33,855 bases of DNA. Origin: a bacterium (GTDB lineage: Bacteria > Bacteroidota > Ignavibacteria > Kapaibacteriales > UBA961). Made by a program: the position numbers and the translations under genes. The notes beneath the pieces were generated by a model that was not told where the DNA came from, made no database searches, and worked only from the letters and a program-made list of their open reading frames with translations. Below are positions 25,281 through 33,855 of the stretch, in pieces (positions within the stretch are counted from its first letter, which is position 1; the number at the start of each line of letters is the position of its first letter). The stretch spans positions 1-33,855 of the forward strand of contig JALHLL010000004.1 of assembly GCA_022844575.1 (NCBI GenBank), written 5' to 3'.

Positions 25281-25871
25281 ATGAATAAAACAATACTTTC
25301 AATACTCAACACCCTTCTTGTGTTTTTCGGTACAATCCTTACCCGTTCTCATGTAACGGCGGCAGAGTCGTATTCCGACCAAATTATATACGATATAACG
25401 ATAGAAGATATACATGGAGAAAAAGTAGAGCTAAGTCAATACAAAGGTAAGGTTTTGCTTTTCGTTAATGTCGCTTCGGAATGCGGTTACACGCCACAAT
25501 ATGAAGAATTGGAAAAACTTCATCAGAAATATAAAAACAAGGGATTGGTGATTATAGGTATTCCGACCAATGATTTCGGAGAGCAAGAGCCGGGTACAAA
25601 TGAAGAAATAGAACGTTTCTGTACAAAAACATACAGTGTTACTTTTCAGATGATGGCTAAGGTAAAAGCCAAAGGCGATGAAAAACACCCTCTTTTTACT
25701 TTTCTTACAAGTGGACAAGGAAATACGGTATTAGCGGGAGATGTCGCATGGAATTTCGAGAAATTCATTATTGACAAAAATGTCAATATCTTGAGCCGAT
25801 TCAGGTCTAAAACAAAACCAAGTTCAGCCGAATTTATCAAGTCGATAGAACTTGCTCTCGGATTATTATAA
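25281..25871 (+). CDS. gpx: Glutathione peroxidase (Cys-type) with N-terminal signal peptide
   Basis: VNVASECGYTPQY, GLVIIGIPTNDFGEQEPG, EIERFC and WNFEKFII. The catalytic residue is a TGC Cys codon at 25482..25484. N-terminus is MNKTILSILNTLLVFFGTILT. Confidence 0.9.
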   Translation: MNKTILSILNTLLVFFGTILTRSHVTAAESYSDQIIYDITIEDIHGEKVELSQYKGKVLLFVNVASECGYTPQYEELEKLHQKYKNKGLVIIGIPTNDFGEQEPGTNEEIERFCTKTYSVTFQMMAKVKAKGDEKHPLFTFLTSGQGNTVLAGDVAWNFEKFIIDKNVNILSRFRSKTKPSSAEFIKSIELALGLL

Positions 25872-25926
25872 TATTTATGAATTACATTACGGAAATAAAC
25901 AGTTACCATACTTTGGAGTCAGCAGA

Positions 25927-26190
25927 ATGAATAATTTTCACGCAGTTGTTACGATAACATTGCGTAAAGGAATTTTAGATGTTCAAGGAAAAACAGTAGA
26001 GCATGCTTTACATTCCTCATCATTTTCTTCATTGAGCAATGTGCGAATAGGTAAACATGTCGAAATGAACGTTGTAGCCGATTCCGAAGAATCCGCTTTC
26101 ACTCAAATTGATGCCGCTTGTAAAGCACTTATTGCCAATCCTATTATCGAAGATTATCATATAACACTCCATAAAACGGAGGTTGCATGA
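25927..26190 (+). CDS. purS: Phosphoribosylformylglycinamidine synthase subunit PurS
   Basis: [28 protein letters not shown]...VRIGKHVEM...[10 protein letters not shown]. Start chosen at M26 of the ORF because of the PurS length. Its stop overlaps the purQ ATG. Confidence 0.85.
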   Translation: MNNFHAVVTITLRKGILDVQGKTVEHALHSSSFSSLSNVRIGKHVEMNVVADSEESAFTQIDAACKALIANPIIEDYHITLHKTEVA

Positions 26191-26888
26191 ATTGCGGAAT
26201 AGTGGTATTTCCGGGTTCCAATTGTGACCATGATGCTTATACCGCAGCTTCATCAATAGGGAATGCACGGTATTTATTTCATAAAGAAACATCCATTCCT
26301 TCCGATATTGACTGTATAATATTACCCGGAGGATTTTCTTATGGTGATTATCTCCGTTGTGGTGCAATCGCACGATTCTCCCCTCTTATGAAAGAGGTTG
26401 TAACCTTTGCTCATAAAGGCGGCTTAGTGATAGGAATATGTAACGGTTTTCAAATTTTAACGGAAGCGGGCTTATTACCGGGAGCATTGTTAAGAAATTC
26501 TTCCTTAAGTTTTATCTGCAAGGATGTATATCTGAAAACGGAAAATAACGCAACATCCTTTACTCGAACTTTACAATCGGGGCAAATATTGAAAATTCCC
26601 ATTGCTCATGGTGATGGTAATTATTTTGCCGAGAATGAAACCGTAAAACGTTTGGAAGGCGAAGGAAGAGTTGTATTCAGATATTGTGAGCAAAACGGCA
26701 ACGTAACGAAAAATGCAAATCCTAATGGTAGTATCAACAATATAGCCGGTATTATAAGCGAAGCCGGAAATGTTCTCGGTATGATGCCGCATCCGGAACG
26801 TTACGCGGATTCGGCTCTCGGATGTAATGACGGCATTGCTGTATTTACTTCCATTGCTGAAACACTTGCAATGAAAAAAGTAGGTTGA
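26187..26888 (+). CDS. purQ: Phosphoribosylformylglycinamidine synthase I (glutaminase subunit PurQ)
   Basis: [36 protein letters not shown] (nucleophile Cys) and MMPHPER. Confidence 0.92.
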   Translation: MNCGIVVFPGSNCDHDAYTAASSIGNARYLFHKETSIPSDIDCIILPGGFSYGDYLRCGAIARFSPLMKEVVTFAHKGGLVIGICNGFQILTEAGLLPGALLRNSSLSFICKDVYLKTENNATSFTRTLQSGQILKIPIAHGDGNYFAENETVKRLEGEGRVVFRYCEQNGNVTKNANPNGSINNIAGIISEAGNVLGMMPHPERYADSALGCNDGIAVFTSIAETLAMKKVG

Positions 26889-26933
26889 TATGTTTTTGAA
26901 TTATGAATTATTTGTATCGTGTTTGTAAAGTAA

Positions 26934-26938
26934 AGGAG
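26934..26938 (+). promoter_or_regulatory. Shine-Dalgarno AGGAG for tatA
   Basis: aaAGGAGaaatt lies 5 nt before the ATG at 26944. Confidence 0.5.
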
Positions 26939-26943
26939 AAATT

Positions 26944-27117
26944 ATGCCATTCGGAACTACAGAAATTCTCATTGTACTGCTTGTGATTGTTCTGCTTTTC
27001 GGGGGAAAAAAAATACCCGAATTAATGCGAGGTCTGGGCAGCGGTGTACGCGAGTTCAAGAAGGCGTCATCCACCGATGAGGATGTAACAAAGGAAAAAA
27101 AAGGTGATTCCGCATGA
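26944..27117 (+). CDS. tatA: Twin-arginine translocase TatA/E (57 aa; not in the supplied ORF track)
   Basis: Hand translation gives [57 protein letters not shown]. This shows a TatA-type TM helix, the FGxKK hinge and an amphipathic helix. The TGA at 27115..27117 overlaps the next ATG. Confidence 0.85.
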   Translation: MPFGTTEILIVLLVIVLLFGGKKIPELMRGLGSGVREFKKASSTDEDVTKEKKGDSA

Positions 27118-27578
27118 TTCTCATTGACCATTTTAAACGAATGGCAAGTTACGATGAGTGGGCTAACAGGCGCGTAATAGAATCTTTAGAACCGTTGCGT
27201 ACTGAAAAGTCACAGGCGGTTTTTAAGCTATTAGGACATATTACCCTTGCGCCGGAGATATGGTTGCGCCGTATCAATAGTGAGTCATTAGAAGGTATTT
27301 TGGTATTCCAAGAATTGACATACGATGAATGTGCGCAAAGAATTGATATATATGCTTTGAAAATTCACGACTATTGTTCGGCTCTGACGCTTGAAATTCT
27401 GGAGCGGAAAATAACGTACAAAAATTTTGCCGGAGTGGAGTTTACTAATACTGTTGCCGAGATACTTACGCATATGTTCAATCACGGAACATATCATCGA
27501 GGTCAGATAGCAACACTAGTGCGTGAAGCCGGCTTTATCCCGGCCGTTACGGATCATATTGCTTTCACTCGTCAGTAA
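27114..27578 (+). CDS. DinB-family (four-helix-bundle, His-triad) protein
   Basis: 154 aa. [14 protein letters not shown] and [24 protein letters not shown] are typical of DinB/DinB_2. Confidence 0.8.
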   Translation: MILIDHFKRMASYDEWANRRVIESLEPLRTEKSQAVFKLLGHITLAPEIWLRRINSESLEGILVFQELTYDECAQRIDIYALKIHDYCSALTLEILERKITYKNFAGVEFTNTVAEILTHMFNHGTYHRGQIATLVREAGFIPAVTDHIAFTRQ

Positions 27579-27606
27579 TATAAGATTTCCCATTTTATAG
27601 AAATAT

Positions 27607-28014
27607 ATGTTCGATATTGGTACGGGCGAATTATTATTGATTCTTGTGGTTGTCCTTTTATTGTTCGGCCCTAAGAAAATACCGGAAATAATGGCATCCG
27701 TAGGGAAGGGTATTCGTCAATTCCGTCAAGCGCAAAATAATCTCAAAGACCAATTACGTGACTTATCGGCAGATATTGAAAAGTCAACGGAGCCGGAAGT
27801 AGCACCCAAAAGAACATTTTCCGTCGTTGCTTCCTATAATGATGAAGCACAGACGGATGAGCATACAACTACTGCTTCTATCGAACCATCTGAAACGAAT
27901 GAGAACGATAGGAATAGTGCAGAAAATACAGTTACGATTCGTCAGCCGGAAGGTACCGTTGCTCGGGTAACTTTGCCGAAAAGCAATGAATCCGAAACAA
28001 GTGCAACAATTTAG
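27607..28014 (+). CDS. Second Tat-family component (TatB-like N-terminus, long acidic/Ser-Thr-rich tail)
   Basis: MFDIGTGELLLILVVVLLLFGPKKIPEIMASVGKGIRQFRQAQNNLKDQL. The MFDIG.(S/G)ELLL start matches E. coli TatB, whereas the FGPKKIP hinge is TatA-like. Confidence 0.75.
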   Translation: MFDIGTGELLLILVVVLLLFGPKKIPEIMASVGKGIRQFRQAQNNLKDQLRDLSADIEKSTEPEVAPKRTFSVVASYNDEAQTDEHTTTASIEPSETNENDRNSAENTVTIRQPEGTVARVTLPKSNESETSATI

Positions 28015-28026
28015 AATAAGAATTTC

Positions 28027-29448
28027 ATGCGAACATATGTTGATACGATAGATTCGGTTCTTAAAGGCGATACTACTATTGCTGCAATAACTGATAGTAC
28101 TCTCAAAAAAATTGAAGATCAAAGCAATCTTAATCATTTTATTACGGTAGCTACGGATTCCGCACCTATAGCAGCACAACAAGCCGATAAACGCATTTCT
28201 GCAGGTGAAAAACTTCCACTTGACGGTATGCTTATCGCCTTGAAAGATAATTTGTGCACAAAGTCCATGCGCACCACATGCGCTTCCAAAATGTTGGGGA
28301 ATTATCGTCCCGTTTATGATGCGACAGCCGTTTCACGTCTTATGGATAATGGTGCTGTTATCGTCGGAAAAACTAATCTCGATGAGTTTGCAATGGGATC
28401 ATCGGGCGAAAACTCCGCTTTTGGGAGAACTTTGCACCCTCTTGACAATGCTTATGTACCGGGTGGTTCTTCCTCCGGTTCGGCAGTTGCCGTAACAGTC
28501 GGTCATGCGCATGCGGCATTGGGCTCCGAAACCGGCGGATCAGTACGTCAACCGGCTGCATTCTGCGGAATTGTGGGGTATAAACCAAGTTATGGTAGAA
28601 TATCACGGTATGGCTTAGTGGCATTTGCCTCTTCGATAGATCAAATCGGAGTTTTTGCCAAAGATATACCGACAACGGCGGCTTTATTGGACGCAATAAC
28701 AGGCAATGATCCTTATGATTCGACCTCGGCTGAAATACCCCCGATGAATTCATTGGCTAAGTTGCATGAATATGCAAATACTCCCCTTACAATTGCAATT
28801 TTACCGGACAACATCATAAAAGATTGCTCCCAAGAAGTACTCGAAGTTTATAATAAATGCCTGAATACACTAAGAGCTGAAGGTATTCGATTCATAACGG
28901 CGGAAATTCCGGCTAGTGATGCTTGGATTCCTACTTATTATGTTCTTACGTCTGCAGAAGCATCTTCTAACTTAGCACGGTTCGACGGCATTCGTTACGG
29001 TTTTCGTGCTTCTTTGGAGAATAGTGATGATGACATTATGACACTCTCACGTTCGCAAGGGTTCGGTATGGAAGTAAAGCGCCGTATTATACTTGGTACT
29101 TATGTTCTTTCAGCAGGGCATTACGATGCCTATTATAAAAAAGCTCAGCAAGCACGCCGTTTAATTTATGATGGGTACAAACATATTTTTTCGCAGGCGG
29201 ATGCACTATTTTTACCTACTACTCCAACGACCGCTTTCAAAAGCGGCGAAAAAACAAATGATCCAATAGCCATGTATCTCTCCGATTATTTTACGGCATC
29301 AGCAAATCTTGCGGGAATACCGGCAATAAGTATTCCGGCAGGAACCGCATCGAACGGTTTCCCTGTCGGGATGCAAATACAAACATCCAATTTTAGCGAT
29401 GAACGTCTTCTTTCAATAGCGCATCGTTTTCAAACACTTTTTTTATAA
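28027..29448 (+). CDS. gatA: Glutamyl-tRNA(Gln)/aspartyl-tRNA(Asn) amidotransferase subunit A
   Basis: Amidase signature GGSSSGSAVAV, KDNLCTK, GKTNLDEFAMGSS, LGSETGGSVRQPA. Length 473 aa. Confidence 0.92.
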   Translation: MRTYVDTIDSVLKGDTTIAAITDSTLKKIEDQSNLNHFITVATDSAPIAAQQADKRISAGEKLPLDGMLIALKDNLCTKSMRTTCASKMLGNYRPVYDATAVSRLMDNGAVIVGKTNLDEFAMGSSGENSAFGRTLHPLDNAYVPGGSSSGSAVAVTVGHAHAALGSETGGSVRQPAAFCGIVGYKPSYGRISRYGLVAFASSIDQIGVFAKDIPTTAALLDAITGNDPYDSTSAEIPPMNSLAKLHEYANTPLTIAILPDNIIKDCSQEVLEVYNKCLNTLRAEGIRFITAEIPASDAWIPTYYVLTSAEASSNLARFDGIRYGFRASLENSDDDIMTLSRSQGFGMEVKRRIILGTYVLSAGHYDAYYKKAQQARRLIYDGYKHIFSQADALFLPTTPTTAFKSGEKTNDPIAMYLSDYFTASANLAGIPAISIPAGTASNGFPVGMQIQTSNFSDERLLSIAHRFQTLFL

Positions 29449-29463
29449 TGAAGGAAAGAAATC

Positions 29464-29988
29464 ATGGTAGTTATCAGCGACCAAATAATCAATGATGTCT
29501 ATTATCGCCTTGCTGATCTGAGCGAAGAGAGTGCAGGCAGTTTAATGGACGCTATGGCAATAGAACAACCTGCCATTCTCGCTTATCTCATGGCAAATGC
29601 TTCCGAACTAGATACCGATACCGAATCCGAGATAATGATGTTTACAGGCGTGGTTCTGTGGCAATGTTTCAAGGAAGCAAACCCCTCATTGCCTTCCATT
29701 TCAGAGGACATGGTTGATGCAAAGGAGCAAGCCAATATTGAGTTAATGCAACGTATGGATGAAATGTCCCTGAATGGTGAAGCTGATTCCGTGCAAACGA
29801 TGTTAAGCGAATATCCGCAGGAACCACTTCTGCAATATGCACTTTCGGCGCTTACGAATGAAGAAGACGAGGAAGAAAATGAGAACGATGAGTTAAGTGA
29901 TGAATTAATTGGCGAAGAAGCACAGGGAATTATGCTCATTGTTTTTAAAACAATTATTGATTCTTTTTCGACATCCTTAACGGAATAA
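29464..29988 (+). CDS. Hypothetical acidic protein
   Basis: 174-aa ORF, 15 nt after gatA, with a Glu/Asp-rich stretch NEEDEEENENDELSDELIGEE. No family recognised. Confidence 0.5.
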   Translation: MVVISDQIINDVYYRLADLSEESAGSLMDAMAIEQPAILAYLMANASELDTDTESEIMMFTGVVLWQCFKEANPSLPSISEDMVDAKEQANIELMQRMDEMSLNGEADSVQTMLSEYPQEPLLQYALSALTNEEDEEENENDELSDELIGEEAQGIMLIVFKTIIDSFSTSLTE

Positions 29989-30013
29989 TATCTACACAAA
30001 GCGTAAAATACTT

Positions 30014-30047
30014 AAAAGGCGATTTCAGAAATGGAATCGCCTTTTTT
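30014..30047 (+). terminator. Rho-independent terminator ending the gpx-to-29988 co-directional gene string
   Basis: Stem aaaaggcgatt (30014..30024) / aatcgcctttt (30035..30045), loop tcagaaatgg, with a T-run to 30047. Confidence 0.75.
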
Positions 30048-30156
30048 GATGAATTGAAACAACAACCTTACTAAATTTCCACATTAGGAATATTTAATGT
30101 GTTAAATTTGTTCTGCCGTTACATTACCGCTTACGCTAAATTTCTTATGGTTACAA

Positions 30157-31533
30157 ATGAACAATAGTACCCGCATATTTATATTATTCTTTTTTTGCAC
30201 TTCCGCATTAAGCGTCCTGTCACAGGAACAGATTGCTCCTTTGGACTCTACAGGTATAGTCCGTATTGTAGATAAGGAACTTGAAGCGAAAATCGGATTT
30301 AAGATTATAGAGCAAGACTATAATCAAGCAAGAATATATGTAACAGCCGATTCCTTGTATTTTATTGAATCGTCAATCAAGGATAATCCCGACAGTAAAC
30401 GTTTCAAACGTTTTATTACACGAACATTATTCGATTCGATACGAACAAAAGTTCAGTATCTTCTCAGAGTCTCGGAAGTCGCTCTAAGTGAGGAGGGACG
30501 CTTTGAGTTCATGACTCATATGGCAATCCATTCATTATTCTTTTACTCTCCATTATCATCTTTTGCACTCCTACCAAGCTCATTCACCGGTGTCGCATTA
30601 GCCTCCACTATGGGAGGTGTAGGGTCTTATATCATCAATATGGCTTTGGCAAGCAATTCTAATATGAGTTACGGTACCAGTCAACTTGGTATTACAGGCT
30701 CACAATGGGGCATAACAAATGGCTTGTTTGTGGGAGGACTCATAGGCAACTATCAGAAGAAATCCGATGATATCAGAATATTAGGTTTGACAGGATTTAT
30801 CGGAGGTATCGCAGGTACTTCCCTGGGTGTTCATATTGCTAATAAATATAACTTTACCGAAGGAAGAGCAGCAGCCTTTAGTACATTTTGGCGTAATAGT
30901 TTATTAACATGTGTCGGAATAGGGTTCACAGCTGAAATGAATAAATGGAAAGCCCCTCAGATATTCGGGACCCTACTTGCTTCCAATATCATATCAACTG
31001 CAGTTGCCATTCCCCTAAGCACCATTAGTGATTTTACACTTGGAGATGTTCGTTTTCTGGAAACAGCAGGATATCTCGGCTTTCTAAGCGGGGTTGGCCT
31101 GAACTCAATGATAAACACGAGCGCCAACACTGATTATGCAATAGCAACATCAGCTTTCATTGGTGGTCATATTATAGGTTACTTAACTACCAAGAATCAC
31201 GATTTCACCAACTCACATGGTGCAAGAGTTTATTTGTGGTCAGCATGTGGGGCATCAATCGGCGCACTGTTGGGAAGAATTGTTGATGTAGATAATCCTC
31301 AAGGAAGAAACAGTGGCAACATGTCTTTTATCCCCAATTATTGGGCAATCACAAGTGCAGTTGGGGGTTGGGCAGGCTATATTATTGCATTAAGCACCTA
31401 TAGTGATGATGCGCCACCAAAAACAAGTTTTCTCGAAAATCTTATGATGTCAGTAAATCCGCTTGCCCTTATCTCATTACCCATAAACCCCACTACACCG
31501 ATTCAAATATTTCAAATGTCAACTACATTTTAA
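30157..31533 (+). CDS. Hypothetical polytopic membrane protein with signal peptide, ~110-aa soluble N-domain and many Gly-rich (glycine-zipper-like) hydrophobic segments
   Basis: 458 aa. N-terminus MNNSTRIFILFFFCTSALSVLSQ, followed by segments such as GVALASTMGGVGSYIINMALA, GLFVGGLIG, GFIGGIAGTSLGVHIA and AVGGWAGYIIALS. Confidence 0.6.
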   Translation: MNNSTRIFILFFFCTSALSVLSQEQIAPLDSTGIVRIVDKELEAKIGFKIIEQDYNQARIYVTADSLYFIESSIKDNPDSKRFKRFITRTLFDSIRTKVQYLLRVSEVALSEEGRFEFMTHMAIHSLFFYSPLSSFALLPSSFTGVALASTMGGVGSYIINMALASNSNMSYGTSQLGITGSQWGITNGLFVGGLIGNYQKKSDDIRILGLTGFIGGIAGTSLGVHIANKYNFTEGRAAAFSTFWRNSLLTCVGIGFTAEMNKWKAPQIFGTLLASNIISTAVAIPLSTISDFTLGDVRFLETAGYLGFLSGVGLNSMINTSANTDYAIATSAFIGGHIIGYLTTKNHDFTNSHGARVYLWSACGASIGALLGRIVDVDNPQGRNSGNMSFIPNYWAITSAVGGWAGYIIALSTYSDDAPPKTSFLENLMMSVNPLALISLPINPTTPIQIFQMSTTF

Positions 31534-31542
31534 TAAAGAAAG

Positions 31543-31570
31543 CCGAACGGGTAACCGAGCGGTTTTTTTT
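31543..31570. terminator. Terminator-like hairpin between convergent genes
   Basis: CCGAACGG-GTAA-CCGAGCGG (3+3 GC pairs with a 2x2 internal loop and a GNRA-like loop), followed by T8 (31563..31570). Confidence 0.5.
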
Positions 31571-31609
31571 ATCACTACAGCAGTATTACAATTTTAACAA
31601 TAAACTATT

Positions 31610-32113
31610 TTAATAATTCGATTCATCGCGCCATCGTGTTATAATCCATGGCTCCGTAGGTAAATTACGCCGTATTCTCAAATTTACACGCCCTTGCAAA
31701 CGAACTATATCCGTAGGGCTAAAAGTAATGGAAAGATTAAAGCCGCGTGATATATCCTGAAGAACCGAATCACCCGTCGTAAGTACGATATCGTTCCATA
31801 CCAATTCTAAGTTTTGTGATGCCTGAAATAAACCTGCCGTAGCAATCATATCTTGATCGCGTCCCCACGAATTATCTATACCCGCATCGTAGTTTCTGTA
31901 AATAAACGTAAACTCCGGTGCCAATAAACGACCATATGTTAACGTATCTTTAAAGAGATAGGCATAGCGGAAATTCTGAAAAACTCCTTCTACCGTTCTT
32001 TGGTCGCCAAGTGTGGTATTTTCCCCTTCGTCATCGGAAATTGCCGGAGCAAACGGATTGCAAGAAACCATACATAGCATAATTATACTGCATAGCAGCA
32101 TTAATTGCTTCAT
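31610..32113 (-). CDS. Hypothetical lipoprotein
   Basis: Start chosen at MKQLMLLCSIIMLCMVSCNPF (lipobox). The longer ORF to 32284 would overlap the divergent acyltransferase gene. No family recognised. Confidence 0.55.
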   Translation of the reverse strand: MKQLMLLCSIIMLCMVSCNPFAPAISDDEGENTTLGDQRTVEGVFQNFRYAYLFKDTLTYGRLLAPEFTFIYRNYDAGIDNSWGRDQDMIATAGLFQASQNLELVWNDIVLTTGDSVLQDISRGFNLSITFSPTDIVRLQGRVNLRIRRNLPTEPWIITRWRDESNY

Positions 32114-32204
32114 GTATCCCTGTAAGTACCTGTTATGGCAATGTGTGGCAATATGCGTCGTCATTCGTCCGAACTTACTACATTTTCCATCGAAAATACG
32201 GTAT

Positions 32205-33002
32205 ATGTACCAAAAAGCGATAATAACAGCCCAACCATCGGCTATACATAAATGGTTTTGGAGACGATACTTTGAACGAACCATTCGTTCCGCTTTTTTT
32301 CGGTGTTTTATTAACGGTGAGAGTGAACTTTCTTCATGGATGCAATCCGAGCAGAAAGAACCGCTTATACTTTATTGCACCCATGGGGGTTGGTGGGATG
32401 CCGCCGCCGTTATTTTCCTTTCCTTAAGAACATTTCAACTTGATGCATTAGGCATGATGGAAGATACACAATTGGAAAAGTATCGTTTTTTCAGAAAAAT
32501 AGGTATGTTTTCCGTCAATCGCTCCAATCCGCGCTCTGCAATGGAATCGTTACTCTATTGCGCGGAAAATTTACAGAATAAACACCGTGCATTGTGGATT
32601 TTTCCGCAGGGTGTTCTTGTTCATCAGGATTCACGTCCAATTACTTGTGAAACAGGTATAGCCGTACTCATAAAAAAACTTGGTATTGCTCATTGTGCAC
32701 CCGTCGCACTTCGTTATGATTTTCTACAAGAACAAAAGCCGGAGATGTTTATTAGAATCGGAAAACCCGAACGAATACAATGGGAGAATACAATGAATAC
32801 TAATTCGCTTACGGAACATTTCAATAAACGATTAACGGATGAATGGAATACAATGCGTAATGATATTATTACCCAATCATTGAATGATTACAAGGTATTG
32901 CTACAAGGAAAAAAATCAATGGAAAAAAGAGTTGATTTTTATATGGAGAAATTAGCATTTACGGGCATTCCAAAACTTATTACTATGCTCTCAAGAAAAT
33001 AA
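32205..33002 (+). CDS. PlsC-like (lysophospholipid/glycerolipid) acyltransferase family protein
   Basis: HX4D motif CTHGGWWD, FFRKIGMFSVNRSNPRSA, and an FPQG block (FPEG-like). Start chosen at MYQKAII (32205) to avoid overlapping the divergent lipoprotein gene. Confidence 0.65.
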   Translation: MYQKAIITAQPSAIHKWFWRRYFERTIRSAFFRCFINGESELSSWMQSEQKEPLILYCTHGGWWDAAAVIFLSLRTFQLDALGMMEDTQLEKYRFFRKIGMFSVNRSNPRSAMESLLYCAENLQNKHRALWIFPQGVLVHQDSRPITCETGIAVLIKKLGIAHCAPVALRYDFLQEQKPEMFIRIGKPERIQWENTMNTNSLTEHFNKRLTDEWNTMRNDIITQSLNDYKVLLQGKKSMEKRVDFYMEKLAFTGIPKLITMLSRK

Positions 33003-33005
33003 GAT

Positions 33006-33855
33006 ATGAAAAGATTCTTACTCATATTGTTGCCTCTCATTATTTTTTATAATTCCACATCGCAAACTGACACTTCAAAAACAATAGTTTTTAGCGGTTA
33101 CATGGAACCCTATTATGCTTATTCTTCATCCGTACCCGATAATCACACACTTCCGTCATTTCTTTATTCTTATAATCGGCACAATGAATTTACTCTTAAC
33201 CTTGGTTATATAAAGGCTCAATACAATAAAAATTCTATCAGAGCGAATTTTGCTTTAATGACAGGAACATATGCTGAAGCAAATCTTGCCTCAGAACAGG
33301 GAATTATGAAAAATATCTTTGAAGCAAATGCAGGTGTTTCCTTATCCTCGCAACATAATCTGTGGATTGATGCAGGTATTTTCCATTCACATATCGGTTT
33401 TGAAAGTGCGGTCGGCAAGGATTGCCATACAGTAACACGTTCATTAGTTGCCGAAAATTCACCCTATTATGAAAGCGGTGTAAAAATATCATATACTAAT
33501 AGTGACGGCACATGGTTTTTTAGCGGCTTACTTTTAAACGGTTGGCAAAAAATAAAAAGACCTGACGGCAATAATACGCCTGCCTTCGGTTCGCAAATTC
33601 AATACAGAAAAAATAAGTTATTATTAAACAGCAGCACTTTTATCGGCAGCGATTCACCCGATAGTAATAGGACAATGCGATATTTCCATAATTTTTACGG
33701 GCAATATCTCTTTTCTGAAAAATCGGGCATTATTCTCGGTTTTGATATAGGGTTTCAACAGAGAATGAAAGGGGCATCGGACTATGTACAATGGTATGCA
33801 CCGGTTGTGATTCTCTTCCATTCAATATCCGATAATATTTCCATTGCATACCGGT
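33006..33855 (+). CDS. Outer-membrane beta-barrel porin, OmpL-like/DUF1597-like (3' end truncated by the window; not in the ORF track)
   Basis: Hand translation is open from ATG 33006 to the window end: MKRFLLILLPLIIFYNSTSQ... YNRHNEFTLNLGYIKAQY ... NLWIDAGIFHSHIGFESAVGKD ... ENSPYYESGVKISY. Signal peptide plus an alternating aromatic/Gly strand pattern. Family assignment is from memory. Confidence 0.6.
   Translation, partial: MKRFLLILLPLIIFYNSTSQTDTSKTIVFSGYMEPYYAYSSSVPDNHTLPSFLYSYNRHNEFTLNLGYIKAQYNKNSIRANFALMTGTYAEANLASEQGIMKNIFEANAGVSLSSQHNLWIDAGIFHSHIGFESAVGKDCHTVTRSLVAENSPYYESGVKISYTNSDGTWFFSGLLLNGWQKIKRPDGNNTPAFGSQIQYRKNKLLLNSSTFIGSDSPDSNRTMRYFHNFYGQYLFSEKSGIILGFDIGFQQRMKGASDYVQWYAPVVILFHSISDNISIAYR

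Noticed and set aside
25482-25484. Possible selenocysteine (TGA recoding) in glutathione peroxidase
   Set aside because: The catalytic codon is TGC (Cys) in an uninterrupted ORF, so no recoding is needed.
26901-27131. 76-aa minus-strand ORF from the ORF track
   Set aside because: It is antisense to a canonical SD-preceded tatA (26944..27117), and the TatA reading is far better supported.
1-33855. Search for defence systems, prophage, integrative elements, toxin-antitoxin pairs, retron/DGR or biosynthetic clusters
   Set aside because: No nuclease, ATPase/helicase, methyltransferase, reverse transcriptase, integrase/transposase, phage structural or PKS/NRPS-like motif was recognised in any of the long ORFs. 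Absence is based on reading the sequence only.

Overview
AT-rich, gene-dense chromosomal window with about 31 supportable CDS, one gene remnant and no rRNA, tRNA, CRISPR array, transposase or integrase. Several features point to a Bacteroidota/Ignavibacteriota-like (FCB group) genome, which is inference: four TAnnTTTG -7-type boxes, many signal-peptide or lipoprotein and outer-membrane beta-barrel proteins, PD40 propellers, a mitochondrial-type citrate synthase and REP-like palindromes. Most of the window is housekeeping: ltaE, pdxH, 3-hydroxyanthranilate dioxygenase, rfbB, citrate synthase, glutathione peroxidase, purS/purQ, tatA and a tatB-like gene, gatA, a PlsC-like acyltransferase and two-component proteins. 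The least ordinary part is 494..9450, a seven-gene co-directional minus-strand block built around an ECF sigma factor. It encodes a helical 507-aa orphan, a PD40 lipoprotein, a small OM barrel whose stop overlaps the sigma start, and the ECF sigma. These are followed by an anti-sigma-like protein with a C-terminal OM-barrel-like domain, a DUF4397-like lipoprotein, and a 982-aa secreted protein. That last protein has 12 spaced D-x-x-G-N-D-x-Y repeats, HEAT repeats and a poly-Lys tail. I cannot assign a function to this block; it is the best candidate for an undescribed envelope-signalling system, but this rests on motif reading only. Other points are a nested REP-like palindrome cluster (231..459) and a frameshifted C-terminal DUF1111-like remnant (9647..9959). 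A 57-aa tatA is missing from the ORF track and overlaps a DinB-family gene by ATGA, with a second Tat gene following. A CDS also runs off the right edge (33006..33855). No defence-system, phage or mobile-element hallmark was recognised.
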